In this document: piece after piece, positions 43,824 to 52,361 of the stretch
How the letters are laid out: each line of letters begins with the position of its first letter
Position numbering within the stretch: position 1 is the stretch's first letter
IMG/VR virus record: IMGVR_UViG_3300025309_000439
Location: 1-52,361 of that record
Length of the DNA stretch: 52,361 nucleotides
DNA from: a virus
Taxonomy: Duplodnaviria > Caudoviricetes
Strand: one strand, 5' to 3'
Notes under the pieces: model-generated
What the model saw: only the letters and a program-made list of their open reading frames with translations
Database searches by the model: none
Told to the model about the DNA's origin: nothing
Position numbers and translations under genes: made by a program

Positions 43824-45517
43824 AATGCGTCAACCTTCAGCTTATACGGAAGCTGTTTAAATATTATGTTTTCCCGGTTTAGGCGAGTCTCCCCTATGCG
43901 GCAGGCGGTTCCATAAACGACCTTGGGGCCAGAATGTTTCGGCAAGTGCGTCAATATTGTGGTGGTTAGAACATTGCCACCGTCTGGCGCTTTGTCTTTA
44001 AGAATACCATTATAAAGCAAGTAAACGGCAGTACTGTTATAGACACCGATCAGTGGGCTATTGGCTTTTGCGCCTTTCGGAAGTGGTTCTCCAGTTTCCG
44101 TGAAAAACACGTGCCGGGCTAAGTCATGAAACTTTACTGTGTTACGGATGTTACCTTTTTCATCAAAGAGGGCATCAGCAAGCTGACAGTATCTAAATCC
44201 ACCACCAATACCTTCAACAAAATCGCCTTTTAGGTTTTTATAGCCAAGTATAACTCTTTTATTTCTCTCGGAGGTAATAGTCCGTGCTATATCGGCATTC
44301 ATTTCACAAAGCACAAATCGTCTCCGGGTGTTTTCTTCTTTATTTAATTTTAAAACAGCATGTGCAGTTGTGCCCGAACCGCCAAATGAGTCCATTATTA
44401 AATCATCGGGGCCTGTAATCGCTTCAAATAATTTTTGCAAAACTTCTTCATCTTTAGGATTTTCGAAGACATCAGCCCCCATTATTTGTCGGAGTCGCTT
44501 CATTGATGCACGTCTATCTTTATAAATCACACTCGAGATAACAATATCATCCGTTTCCGATAAATACATTTTTAGTTTCGGCACTATTGATTCATCTTCC
44601 CCCCACTCCACACGCCCATCTGCAATTAGTTTATCCATGGTTGTTTTAGTTGGCCAACCACGCATAGGACGTTTACACGGCTTTTGGGTAATCGGGTGGA
44701 GAACATCGTATGGAGCACGAGTCCTACCGCTTTCCGCTGAAATGTCCCCAGCAAAATACACCCCTTTTAAATCGACCTGCTTATAATGGCGATGAGCCCA
44801 GGATGGATGTTTTTTCCCTATCTCAAGATACCATTCCTGCAAAGCAGTGTTAATCTTTTTATAGTTGTCCCCAAACTCTTTAGTCAACTTCTCTACTTTT
44901 TCGAAAATCTCATCAAGTCCTTCTTTTCCCATTCGCCATTTAGCACCTTTCAGTTTCTGTTTGTTTTTCGCATAGCACAAAATATAATCATGTGATATTG
45001 ATACAAGCCTAGAATCATTCTTTGAGGTGCCCTCCCAGATGATTTCTGCAATAAAATTCTGAGCGCCAAAAACCTCATCCATAAGAAGTCGCAAGTGATG
45101 AATTTCATGATCATCTATACTTACAAAAATTGCGCCATCTTCCCGCAGCATTTTTTGCAACAAAGAAACACGTGGAAGCATCATACACAACCACTTATCA
45201 TGCCTGGTTAAATCCTCCTCCTCTTCTCCTACCACTTTCCCAAGCCAAGCCCGAATTTCAGGGCTGTTAACATTATCATTGTAAACCCATTTTTCATTAC
45301 CAATATTGTAGGGTGGATCAATGTAAACACATTTTACCTGGCCTGCATAATATGGCAGAAGGGCTTTCAGGGCTACAAGGTTATCGCCCTCAACAATCAA
45401 ATTACCTGTGCCGGGTTCGCCAACTGAAAGTTCCGGCACATCTTTTAATAGGTGGAAAGGCACATGGCGGTGATGGTTTTCAACGGCTTTTTTTCCAATC
45501 CAGTTCAATGTTGGCAT
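43820..45517 (-). CDS. mod: Type III R-M methyltransferase Mod subunit
   Basis: MPTLNWIGK start; GDNL; IDPPYN; DSFGGSGTT; overlaps res. Confidence 0.95.
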   Translation of the reverse strand: MPTLNWIGKKAVENHHRHVPFHLLKDVPELSVGEPGTGNLIVEGDNLVALKALLPYYAGQVKCVYIDPPYNIGNEKWVYNDNVNSPEIRAWLGKVVGEEEEDLTRHDKWLCMMLPRVSLLQKMLREDGAIFVSIDDHEIHHLRLLMDEVFGAQNFIAEIIWEGTSKNDSRLVSISHDYILCYAKNKQKLKGAKWRMGKEGLDEIFEKVEKLTKEFGDNYKKINTALQEWYLEIGKKHPSWAHRHYKQVDLKGVYFAGDISAESGRTRAPYDVLHPITQKPCKRPMRGWPTKTTMDKLIADGRVEWGEDESIVPKLKMYLSETDDIVISSVIYKDRRASMKRLRQIMGADVFENPKDEEVLQKLFEAITGPDDLIMDSFGGSGTTAHAVLKLNKEENTRRRFVLCEMNADIARTITSERNKRVILGYKNLKGDFVEGIGGGFRYCQLADALFDEKGNIRNTVKFHDLARHVFFTETGEPLPKGAKANSPLIGVYNSTAVYLLYNGILKDKAPDGGNVLTTTILTHLPKHSGPKVVYGTACRIGETRLNRENIIFKQLPYKLKVDAL

Positions 45518-45557
45518 AAAATTAAGATATTCCAAAGCCTTTGTGAGCTAAACGTTA

Positions 45558-45587
45558 ATTATATTGTTTTATGTGCGTGATTACCAA
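45558..45587 (-). promoter_or_regulatory. Sigma70-like promoter for mod-res
   Basis: TTGGTA-18-TATAAT on the minus strand. Confidence 0.45.
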
Positions 45588-45637
45588 AAAAAGAATCGGA
45601 AGTTTAAATTTTCTAATAGACTGCACTTAGGGGATTA

Positions 45638-46522
45638 TTAAAACCTTGGATGTGCCTTCCTACATGAATCATGAAGCAGTTCCACAGTGACGTGCGCATA
45701 GCGTTGCGTTGTCATTATCGAGCTATGGCCCATGAACTCCTGCAAGACCCTTATATCTGCGCCACCCGCCAACAGATGTGTCGCTGCGCTATGTCGGATT
45801 TGATGCGGTGTGATCCTGCCCTGTATCCCAGCCCTCTTGGCCATTCGCTTGAGTTCCCACCAAAACGTGCCCCTGTTTAGTGACTGACCGCGCGGATTCA
45901 CAAAAAGGATAGCCTGTGGTATATGCAAGCGTTGATTCCTGGCATCTAGGTAACGCAGGATGGCTTCTTTAGCCTGATTTCCAAACGGAATGATGCGCTC
46001 CCGGCCGCCCTTGCCACAGATACGCGCAGAGCAATCATCTAAATTAACTCGGTCCACCGTAAGCCCAAGCAGCTCCGATACCCGCATGCCGGTGGCATAC
46101 ATGAGTTCCATCATCGCTTTATTTCGAACATGGTTAAATTTACTGCCTATGGGCGCATCAAGGAGCCGCGCTATCTCCGGAACGCTTAGCGGCTCCGGCA
46201 GGCGTTGCTTAAATTTGGGTAGCTTCATCCCGATGGTAGGGTCCGCCGAGGCATGACCGCGCTCCGCTAGGAAGCGATGGAATTGCCGGATAGCTATGGC
46301 CGCCGCGAAAAGCGAACTGGACGCCACCTGAGCGTTTTTTCTGGCCTCCAGATAACCCAGGACAGATTCTCTGGTGGCGGTGGCCGGTGTGATCCCACGG
46401 GAGGCCAGACATCGCATATAGTCACGGATTTGATAACCGTAGCTGGTCCAAGTACATGGTGAGAGACCTCGCTCCACCCGCAGGTGCTGAATAAATCCGG
46501 CCAGCATGGCATCAGGAGTCAT
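45638..46522 (-). CDS. XerC/XerD-like tyrosine recombinase
   Basis: ERGLS N-terminus; YATGMRVSEL, GKGGRER, HQIRHSAATH, GHSS..TTQRY catalytic motifs; C-terminal HPR. Confidence 0.95.
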   Translation of the reverse strand: MTPDAMLAGFIQHLRVERGLSPCTWTSYGYQIRDYMRCLASRGITPATATRESVLGYLEARKNAQVASSSLFAAAIAIRQFHRFLAERGHASADPTIGMKLPKFKQRLPEPLSVPEIARLLDAPIGSKFNHVRNKAMMELMYATGMRVSELLGLTVDRVNLDDCSARICGKGGRERIIPFGNQAKEAILRYLDARNQRLHIPQAILFVNPRGQSLNRGTFWWELKRMAKRAGIQGRITPHQIRHSAATHLLAGGADIRVLQEFMGHSSIMTTQRYAHVTVELLHDSCRKAHPRF

Positions 46523-47025
46523 GGCGTTCCGCTCCCGGCCCACCGCTGGGCCTCCCGGTCGACCGCTTTGGCACCGCGCCGCCGGGCTTGGCGTATCTTG
46601 TAAGCCACATAGCTCTTGGCCCGCCTCAGCGATTTCCGGGGTATGGGGATGCCGGACTCGCGCATGCGGTCAAAGGCCCACTGCTCAGCCTCGTATTCCT
46701 CAACATGGCGTGGTTTGCGCCTGACCCTTGGCTCTGAGGCCGCCTGGACTGGCCCGGGGCCGCCGTGGGGCAACGTGGGCGCAAAGTGGGCGGCTTTTAC
46801 ATGCCCCAAGGCTACATGGGCGCATTCATGAAGAAAAATGTGCAAGGCCCGCCGGGTAACCGGCCTCGGCACCGCTATCTCGGCGGCGCTATAGGCCCTG
46901 CCTGACAGCGTTTTGCGGATGCGGACGACCCTGACCGTCGCCGGTGTATTGGTCAGGGCCGCCTGAATACAGAGTTGCCGCATCCTTTCCTTGCCCGCTT
47001 TGAGCTTCTCCGCGTATAGCTCCAT
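46519..47025 (-). CDS. HExxH zinc metallopeptidase (ImmA/IrrE-like)
   Basis: FLHECAH..LGH and a downstream EEYEAE motif. Confidence 0.75.
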   Translation of the reverse strand: MELYAEKLKAGKERMRQLCIQAALTNTPATVRVVRIRKTLSGRAYSAAEIAVPRPVTRRALHIFLHECAHVALGHVKAAHFAPTLPHGGPGPVQAASEPRVRRKPRHVEEYEAEQWAFDRMRESGIPIPRKSLRRAKSYVAYKIRQARRRGAKAVDREAQRWAGSGTP

Positions 47026-47029
47026 TGGG

Positions 47030-47491
47030 TTACCCCTTCTTCTGGGCGACTTTCACACGCTTTTTGTCGTCTTTGAGCACCTGCCAGCCCTTGCGGGTAT
47101 AGCTCACCATCCTGGCGCGAATGTTCGCCGCCAGGTCTTTCCCCTTGCCCGCTTCCCCGGCCTTCTTGGCCAACTCCACAGTGATCTCAGCCACCGTTTT
47201 TCCGCCAGCCAGAAGGAAAGGGTCTATTATGGCTGCCAGTGATCCTTCCTTCTTTGCTTTGGCCTTTCCCTCCGCTTTGCCCTTGCCGTTGACCTTAAGG
47301 AGCAGCTTGGAGTCCTTGCCGACCCCTTTCTCTTCATAAGGCTTCAGTTCATAGTCCCCGTTCACCATCGTGAACGTGCCGGTCGTCTTCAGCTTGATGA
47401 GGAACTTCCCATTTTTGGGCCCGACCATCGTGACCGGGATACCCGTCCGGGACAGATACATCTCGCCCACCTTCGCTTCATTTGCTTTCAT
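47030..47491 (-). CDS. Lys-rich hypothetical protein with a probable C-terminal winged helix
   Basis: 153 aa; GGAGG RBS; KTVAEI...NIRAR pattern. Confidence 0.7.
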   Translation of the reverse strand: MKANEAKVGEMYLSRTGIPVTMVGPKNGKFLIKLKTTGTFTMVNGDYELKPYEEKGVGKDSKLLLKVNGKGKAEGKAKAKKEGSLAAIIDPFLLAGGKTVAEITVELAKKAGEAGKGKDLAANIRARMVSYTRKGWQVLKDDKKRVKVAQKKG

Positions 47492-47706
47492 GGCTGCCTC
47501 CTGGGGCGCATAGCCCCTATAACCCGCGCTGTCGCCCGCCCTTCCGCATGGCGTTGGTTGAACTCATAAACGCCGTGGTGAACTCCGCTTCTCACCGCCG
47601 CTTCCACTTCATCGCGGCGGAAGCCTAGCTGCAACGCCCGGCGGACCTGATCCGCGACCAGGTCCGTCAGCAAGGCGTCCAGCGCGTCATCATTGGGGAT
47701 GTTCAT
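47488..47706 (-). CDS. Hypothetical protein (72 aa)
   Basis: AGGAGG RBS; ATGA overlaps on both sides. Confidence 0.65.
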   Translation of the reverse strand: MNIPNDDALDALLTDLVADQVRRALQLGFRRDEVEAAVRSGVHHGVYEFNQRHAEGRATARVIGAMRPRRQP

Positions 47707-47876
47707 TCGCATGCCTCCTTGATTACACCACCGCTCCGGCTCGAAGCCGGCCGACTTCGCTTCTTTTCCAGCCGCCGCAGGACTTCCTGCGCGCCTTTCT
47801 TGTAAACGGCTAGGCATATCAGTTCGCCGCCGTCCGCGTAAACCGCCCAATACCGGCCTCGTCTTATAATTTTCAT
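47703..47876 (-). CDS. Small hypothetical protein (57 aa, absent from the ORF track)
   Basis: MKIIRRGRYWAVYADGGELICLAVYKKGAQEVLRRL...; ATGA overlaps with both neighbours. Confidence 0.75.
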   Translation of the reverse strand: MKIIRRGRYWAVYADGGELICLAVYKKGAQEVLRRLEKKRSRPASSRSGGVIKEACE

Positions 47877-48205
47877 TGCGCGACCGCCTGCTTCATCGCC
47901 TCTTTAAAATATGCGATAACCAGCGCGGCAGTCAGCTTATGCTCGCCGCCGATATGCCAGTCCACGTTATCCTTGGGGATAACGGAGGTCTTGTAATCGT
48001 AGATGGTGAAAACTAGACCGTTTATGCGCCCAAACCATTCCACTTGTATCTTCCCATCCGGGGACCGCCCGGACTGGGGCTCGCCAAAGACACGCACGAG
48101 GTCCTTGTAGTAGGTCCCGGCTGGCATGTATTCCATCAGGGCTGTTCCGTAGATATCGCCCTGCCCCATCTCCAGCTTCGCTTCCACCTTTATTGTAATA
48201 TCCAT
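47873..48205 (-). CDS. Hypothetical phage early protein
   Basis: 110 aa; FGEP, DGK..VEW, FTIYDYK, WHIGG motifs; GAAGG RBS. Confidence 0.8.
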   Translation of the reverse strand: MDITIKVEAKLEMGQGDIYGTALMEYMPAGTYYKDLVRVFGEPQSGRSPDGKIQVEWFGRINGLVFTIYDYKTSVIPKDNVDWHIGGEHKLTAALVIAYFKEAMKQAVAQ

Positions 48206-48217
48206 AACACCTTCCCC

Positions 48218-48421
48218 TTATGATGCAGGGGGCAATAGCCCCGCATCCCGATATGCGGCCAACAGCCCGACCGCTTCTTTCGCAGCCCGCACGAGCTGGC
48301 CTCGCGTCTGCCAGTCCAGCGTGGAGTGGAAGATATCGTTCCGCATGATATCCTCGATGTGTCCGGCATCCTGCTTATTCGAGCCGGTGGCTTCAATTAT
48401 CAGGTCTTGGTAAAGAGTCAT
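48218..48421 (-). CDS. Hypothetical protein (67 aa)
   Basis: GGGAGG RBS; IEDIMR..IFHSTLDW motif. Confidence 0.75.
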   Translation of the reverse strand: MTLYQDLIIEATGSNKQDAGHIEDIMRNDIFHSTLDWQTRGQLVRAAKEAVGLLAAYRDAGLLPPAS

Positions 48422-48434
48422 GGCTTCCTCCCGT

Positions 48435-48632
48435 TTAGACAATCGGCGCGGCCTCGTAACCGGCCTTGATAAGCTTTTCAAAGTCTACCGGACGGCAGAC
48501 CCAATACCTATCGTCATCACCGTGGATGATGTAGCCCGGCCACTTCGACTTGTTGCTCCAGCTTATCGCGTTCGCCAGGCTCTGGAACCGGGTAACGCGT
48601 TTCTTCAGCTCGTCGAACTTCTTGCGATTCAT
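48435..48632 (-). CDS. Hypothetical protein (65 aa), first gene of the leftward operon
   Basis: AGGAGG RBS; GDD..YWV......L..AGYE motif. Confidence 0.75.
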   Translation of the reverse strand: MNRKKFDELKKRVTRFQSLANAISWSNKSKWPGYIIHGDDDRYWVCRPVDFEKLIKAGYEAAPIV

Positions 48633-48680
48633 GTTTTTGCCCTCCTTTTCCTTCGGCCGCCCGTCGCTACGATCATGATC

Positions 48681-48707
48681 TACAAGGTTTCTTCGAAGAA
48701 AGCAAGG
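48681..48707 (-). promoter_or_regulatory. Promoter/operator motif shared with the integrase upstream region
   Basis: TACAAGGTTTC-N6-GAAAGCAAGG; minus strand reads TTGCTT-17-TAGATC. Confidence 0.55.
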
Positions 48708-48731
48708 GGATTCTTCTCGTCGAGGAATGGG

Positions 48732-48926
48732 TCATTTTGGGACTTTTCCGCCGTTTTCCGCGCACACCCCCAGCCTCTGAATTTTACGCAGACATGGCAG
48801 GAATCCATCAGCCGGTTTCCGGGTCAGTAGATGCCACAGGAATTTGTCGAAGCCGTTCAGCACAATCTTATCCGAATAGACCTGAATGACGAACTCCGTA
48901 AGCAGCACTCTCCGCTTCTTTGACAT
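48732..48926 (-). CDS. Small hypothetical protein (64 aa)
   Basis: ATG at 48926 with GAGGAG RBS and its own promoter. Confidence 0.55.
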   Translation of the reverse strand: MSKKRRVLLTEFVIQVYSDKIVLNGFDKFLWHLLTRKPADGFLPCLRKIQRLGVCAENGGKVPK

Positions 48927-48960
48927 ACAGTTTCTCCTCGGGCACGTCGCCACAGGAAGG

Positions 48961-48989
48961 AACTTACCTTCGTCGCGGCAAAGAGTCAA
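48961..48989 (-). promoter_or_regulatory. Sigma70-like promoter
   Basis: TTGACT-17-TAAGTT on the minus strand. Confidence 0.6.
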
Positions 48990-49127
48990 GGCAAAGATAA
49001 AAAGACAGCCTGCTGTGCAGTTTTGTAGAATTAGCATGTTGGAACGGGGGCATTTATCTGCAAGAGCACATCTCTGTAAGCTTCTTTTTAGTTGTCTGGC
49101 TCTTATGTTTCCCATCAAAGGAGTTTT

Positions 49128-50066
49128 ATGAAAAAGAATTTGTCGAAGCTGAATAAAGTGGAATTGCGCGAGGTATGGGACCATGAAGCACTCGATTTCA
49201 CAAAATGGCTGGCTCAGCAGGAAAATCTTGACCTCTTAAGCGAGGAAATCGGGCTGGATATTAAGTTGACGAGGATAGAGGCACCTGTCGGAAAATTCAG
49301 TGTTGATATTTTGGCCGAGGAAGAAGGAACTGGCCGAAAGATTATCATTGAGAATCAGCTTGAGGATACGAACCACGACCACCTTGGGAAAATAATCACT
49401 TATGCATCCGGATATGATGCAGAGGTTATTATTTGGATAGTTCGTGATGTTCGGGAAGAATATCAAAAAGCTATTGACTGGCTAAATGATCACACCGACG
49501 ATAAAATTAGCTTCTTTTTAATAAAGGTTGAATTATGGCAGATTGAGGGTTCCAATCCAGCCCCTAAATTCGAGACGATTGTTGCACCCAATGAGTGGGC
49601 TAAAGCAATAAAGCAAAGTGGCGCAACAGGGGAACTTACTGACACAAAGATACAACAGTTGGATTTTTGGACAAATTACAGGAAATATGTCAAAAACATA
49701 GATTCACGCGTCCGTTTGCAGACACCGCGTCCACAACATTGGTATGACGTGAGTATGGGGAGTTCAGACGCACACATCACTCTGACGATAAACACCCGAG
49801 AGAATCTCATCGGATGCGAGATATATATAAGCCGAAAAAAAGACTTGTTCGCTTTTTTACAAAACCGTAAAGCTGATGTCGAAAAACAAATAGGGCAAAA
49901 AATTGAATGGGTCGACGCAAATGTCGCTTCACGAGTAAAGATTAGAAAGGAAGTGACGGATGTTTTTGACGTGGCAGCAACCGAGGCACACTTCAAATGG
50001 CTCTATGAGAAAATGAGTCTTTTCCAGACTGTATTTGGTAAATACTTAAGTGAATTTAAGAAATAA
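49128..50066 (+). CDS. DUF4268-containing protein with an N-terminal NucS/EndoMS-like nuclease domain
   Basis: E..DFTKWL, VDILA, IIIENQ, HDHLGKIITYA, QQLDFW motifs; AAGGAG RBS. Confidence 0.85.
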   Translation: MKKNLSKLNKVELREVWDHEALDFTKWLAQQENLDLLSEEIGLDIKLTRIEAPVGKFSVDILAEEEGTGRKIIIENQLEDTNHDHLGKIITYASGYDAEVIIWIVRDVREEYQKAIDWLNDHTDDKISFFLIKVELWQIEGSNPAPKFETIVAPNEWAKAIKQSGATGELTDTKIQQLDFWTNYRKYVKNIDSRVRLQTPRPQHWYDVSMGSSDAHITLTINTRENLIGCEIYISRKKDLFAFLQNRKADVEKQIGQKIEWVDANVASRVKIRKEVTDVFDVAATEAHFKWLYEKMSLFQTVFGKYLSEFKK

Positions 50067-50088
50067 TCCGTGAAGGAAGTAAAACTTT

Positions 50089-50559
50089 ATGAACGATACA
50101 ATTCCCATCCTTTCTCTCGTCGTTGCGATACTAGCAGTTTTTATTGGTCCCCTGATTGCTTCCCATAGTGCAAAACAGCAAGTCAAATCCTCCCTCGCAA
50201 TTGCAAACAATCAAGTTATTGCACCCATGCGCCAGGCATGGATCAATGACTTGCGCAATCTTCTGGCTGAATTACTAAGCAGTACGCTTTACTATTACGT
50301 TGCAGGCTATGAAAACAGGACAGATGCGGAGTACTCCAATCTTACTTTACTCGAATATCGAATCGCACTTATGTTAAATTCAGCCGAGGATGACCACAAG
50401 AAACTTGAAATATCTATTAGAAAACTGATTTCTCTACTTCAAAAAGGACACCCAGCAAATGAACCATTCCCTGACGTTCATACGGAAATTAAAACACTAT
50501 CCCGCTCCATTCTTAAGCAGGAATGGAATCGAGTTAGGGCGGGCGTGAATACGTTATAA
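50089..50559 (+). CDS. Hypothetical membrane-anchored protein
   Basis: N-terminal transmembrane helix; RQAWINDLR and ILKQEW motifs. Confidence 0.75.
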   Translation: MNDTIPILSLVVAILAVFIGPLIASHSAKQQVKSSLAIANNQVIAPMRQAWINDLRNLLAELLSSTLYYYVAGYENRTDAEYSNLTLLEYRIALMLNSAEDDHKKLEISIRKLISLLQKGHPANEPFPDVHTEIKTLSRSILKQEWNRVRAGVNTL

Positions 50560-50648
50560 GCAGGTACAGCACCCAATCGCGTCGGGACCACATGAACTAA
50601 TCGGCATACTGTGATAAACTAGTAATTAGACGTTTCAAGAGGGAACTT

Positions 50649-52361
50649 ATGGAAAAGTTTGATGGGGAATGGGCGGGACGGATAACTATATCCAACCCGG
50701 TAAATCTCATTAACGAAATCGCGCGCCGATACTCCACGCTCGAAAGGGTAATAATGGAGTATATCGACAACTCGCTCGACGATGCCGATGATGCCGCCAA
50801 AGCGAACAACAACATTTATCCACACCCGATAGGCATCGACGTAGTTATAGATAGAGCCCGCCAGAGCATTTTAATTCGGGATAACTGCCGTGGCATGGAA
50901 CTTACTACGCTGAGCAGGATCGTCCACAACATCGGAGAATCACAAAAGCGGTTCTGCCCCTGGCTCAATGGTCAATTCGGATTTGGCGTTCATGCCTTCC
51001 GTGGCTTCTGCCAAGAAATCTTTTTCCGTACCAAGCACGTCAACGATAAGCACTACCTACTTGCGATGAAGCGGGACAACCTTTGGGTTTCCAGGCCTCG
51101 AATAGAGCAGGGCGAGTTCTTCTCTGCCAGTAAGACCGGCACCGTTGTTACCCTTGAAAAGTTCGACGAAGACATCTTCGATGGTGTCACCGCAGAAGCC
51201 ATTAAGGAGGAGATCGAATCCCACTTCGAGGCAATGCTGAGAAAGGATAATGTCCGTATCAGAGTCGGCTATCGAGACGAGAAGTTGCTACATTGCCGGC
51301 CTTATGACTACAGCAAAATTCCAGGAAAGGTTTTCCACGCCACCGAAAATATATCACTATATGACAATACCTTCCCTTTGGAGATTTTCCTGAAGGTTGC
51401 CGACATCCCCGTATCCAAAACACCGAGGTTCTTCGCCAAAGGCCGCAGAGTTCTATCAGTCAACGAGGATAAGTCCTTCCTTGGAAAATCCAAATATCGG
51501 ACCTTCGTTTGGAACCACAACAATCTTACTGGCTATATTGAGGTTGGAGAGCTGGTCAGCCCGGTAATTACCAGGGATGGATTCAAACGCGGAAAAAATC
51601 GAACACTCTTGTATGATACTATCCTCCGATTTGAAGAAGACTTAAAGAAAGCGATTGACGACATCAACAAAAAGTATGAGGACCACAATCTAAACAAGAT
51701 TGAGGACGCCATATCAAAAGTAATCCGTAAGCTGGCGAAGGAAGACTCCTTAAAGTTCATGCCGGACCATGTTACCGGAGGAAATGAAATAAGATTGGCC
51801 TCCGGTGGTGGATCGGATACTGCTGACAATGCCGGAGCAGGCACAACCCATAGCGGAACTGGCACTATTGTTAACCCTGGCGGCGCAGAGGAGGGCACAG
51901 GCACCGGGCCGTCCGGCAGTGGCAGCGGACCAACCCAAGGGACAGGTTCTGATGGCCCTTTACCAGAATCCGGCGACTCAGATCATACAGGGCATAAAGC
52001 GAAGAAAAGCGGATTTGCCATTAAATTCCTGCGCCTCCCCCCTGATGCCGAAGGAAATGTTCTAAGATCTCAATTTAACAATGGGGTGATTAGTATTAAC
52101 ATGGAACACCCCGATTTTGAAAAACGAATAAAGCGCACGCACCAAGGTGCGTTAAAAATAGAGGACCGCTTGATTTCATACCTGGCGGCAGTAATCAGCA
52201 TCCACTACAAAGACCAGTATTACGAAAAGTATCGCAACCAGCCGGATGTTCGCACGGAGCTATTCGACCAGCAAGTAGATTTCATATTCAAACTGGAAAG
52301 CGCCCTGGCTCCTTTCTTGAAGGAAATTGACGACATTCTATTTAAGGATAGCCAAACATGA
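50649..52361 (+). CDS. GHKL (Hsp90/MORC-like) ATPase
   Basis: EYIDNSLD, IRDNCRGM, GQFGFG, GTVV motifs; Gly-rich linker. Confidence 0.88.
   Translation: MEKFDGEWAGRITISNPVNLINEIARRYSTLERVIMEYIDNSLDDADDAAKANNNIYPHPIGIDVVIDRARQSILIRDNCRGMELTTLSRIVHNIGESQKRFCPWLNGQFGFGVHAFRGFCQEIFFRTKHVNDKHYLLAMKRDNLWVSRPRIEQGEFFSASKTGTVVTLEKFDEDIFDGVTAEAIKEEIESHFEAMLRKDNVRIRVGYRDEKLLHCRPYDYSKIPGKVFHATENISLYDNTFPLEIFLKVADIPVSKTPRFFAKGRRVLSVNEDKSFLGKSKYRTFVWNHNNLTGYIEVGELVSPVITRDGFKRGKNRTLLYDTILRFEEDLKKAIDDINKKYEDHNLNKIEDAISKVIRKLAKEDSLKFMPDHVTGGNEIRLASGGGSDTADNAGAGTTHSGTGTIVNPGGAEEGTGTGPSGSGSGPTQGTGSDGPLPESGDSDHTGHKAKKSGFAIKFLRLPPDAEGNVLRSQFNNGVISINMEHPDFEKRIKRTHQGALKIEDRLISYLAAVISIHYKDQYYEKYRNQPDVRTELFDQQVDFIFKLESALAPFLKEIDDILFKDSQT

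Larger units (their letters stand above)
1..48990. mobile_element. Temperate siphovirus-like prophage adjacent to a tRNA; right end uncertain and may extend to or beyond the window end
   Basis: Integrase, replication, terminase, portal, protease, capsid, neck, tail tube, tape measure and lysis genes in recognisable order. No tail sheath seen. No clear second att copy found. Confidence 0.9.

Noticed and set aside
48986-48997. TCAAGGCAAAGA, an 11/12 match to window positions 1-12, as a possible attR
   Set aside because: Too short to be significant and already explained by the -35 box (TTGACT) of a minus-strand promoter; no further tRNA similarity follows.
1-52361. CRISPR array, rRNA or IS transposase
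   Set aside because: No regularly spaced repeats, rRNA-like sequence or transposase motifs seen.

Overview
Almost the whole window is an apparently intact temperate siphovirus-like prophage. Its left end abuts the 3' half of a tRNA (probably Glu), and a large serine recombinase reads antisense into that tRNA. From left to right it carries: an unusual regulatory block (SAP-like protein, Zn-ribbon/wHTH protein and ECF-type sigma factor, with no recognisable CI/Cro); a replication/recombination operon; terminase; a Mom-like DNA-modifying GNAT; a portal-MuF fusion; a double Dam-type methyltransferase; an antisense three-gene nuclease cassette; head, fibre, neck and tail genes; lysis genes; a Type III R-M system; a leftward operon of small genes ending in a Xer-like recombinase; and defence-like cargo. 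The right boundary is not identifiable. The strongest novel signal is a 72-nt tRNA-Gly(CCC)-like cloverleaf (16456-16527) inside the 3' end of the Mom-like gene. It keeps the glycyl-tRNA synthetase identity elements but has a degenerate T-loop and D-loop, so it is a candidate dedicated, non-translating glycine donor for adenine hypermodification. Other signals include protease-cleavage-like motifs suggesting virion-packaged methyltransferases, a dif/lox-like site next to terS, and three separate families of repeated promoter/operator motifs. All protein calls come from motif recognition by eye; no database searches were run.
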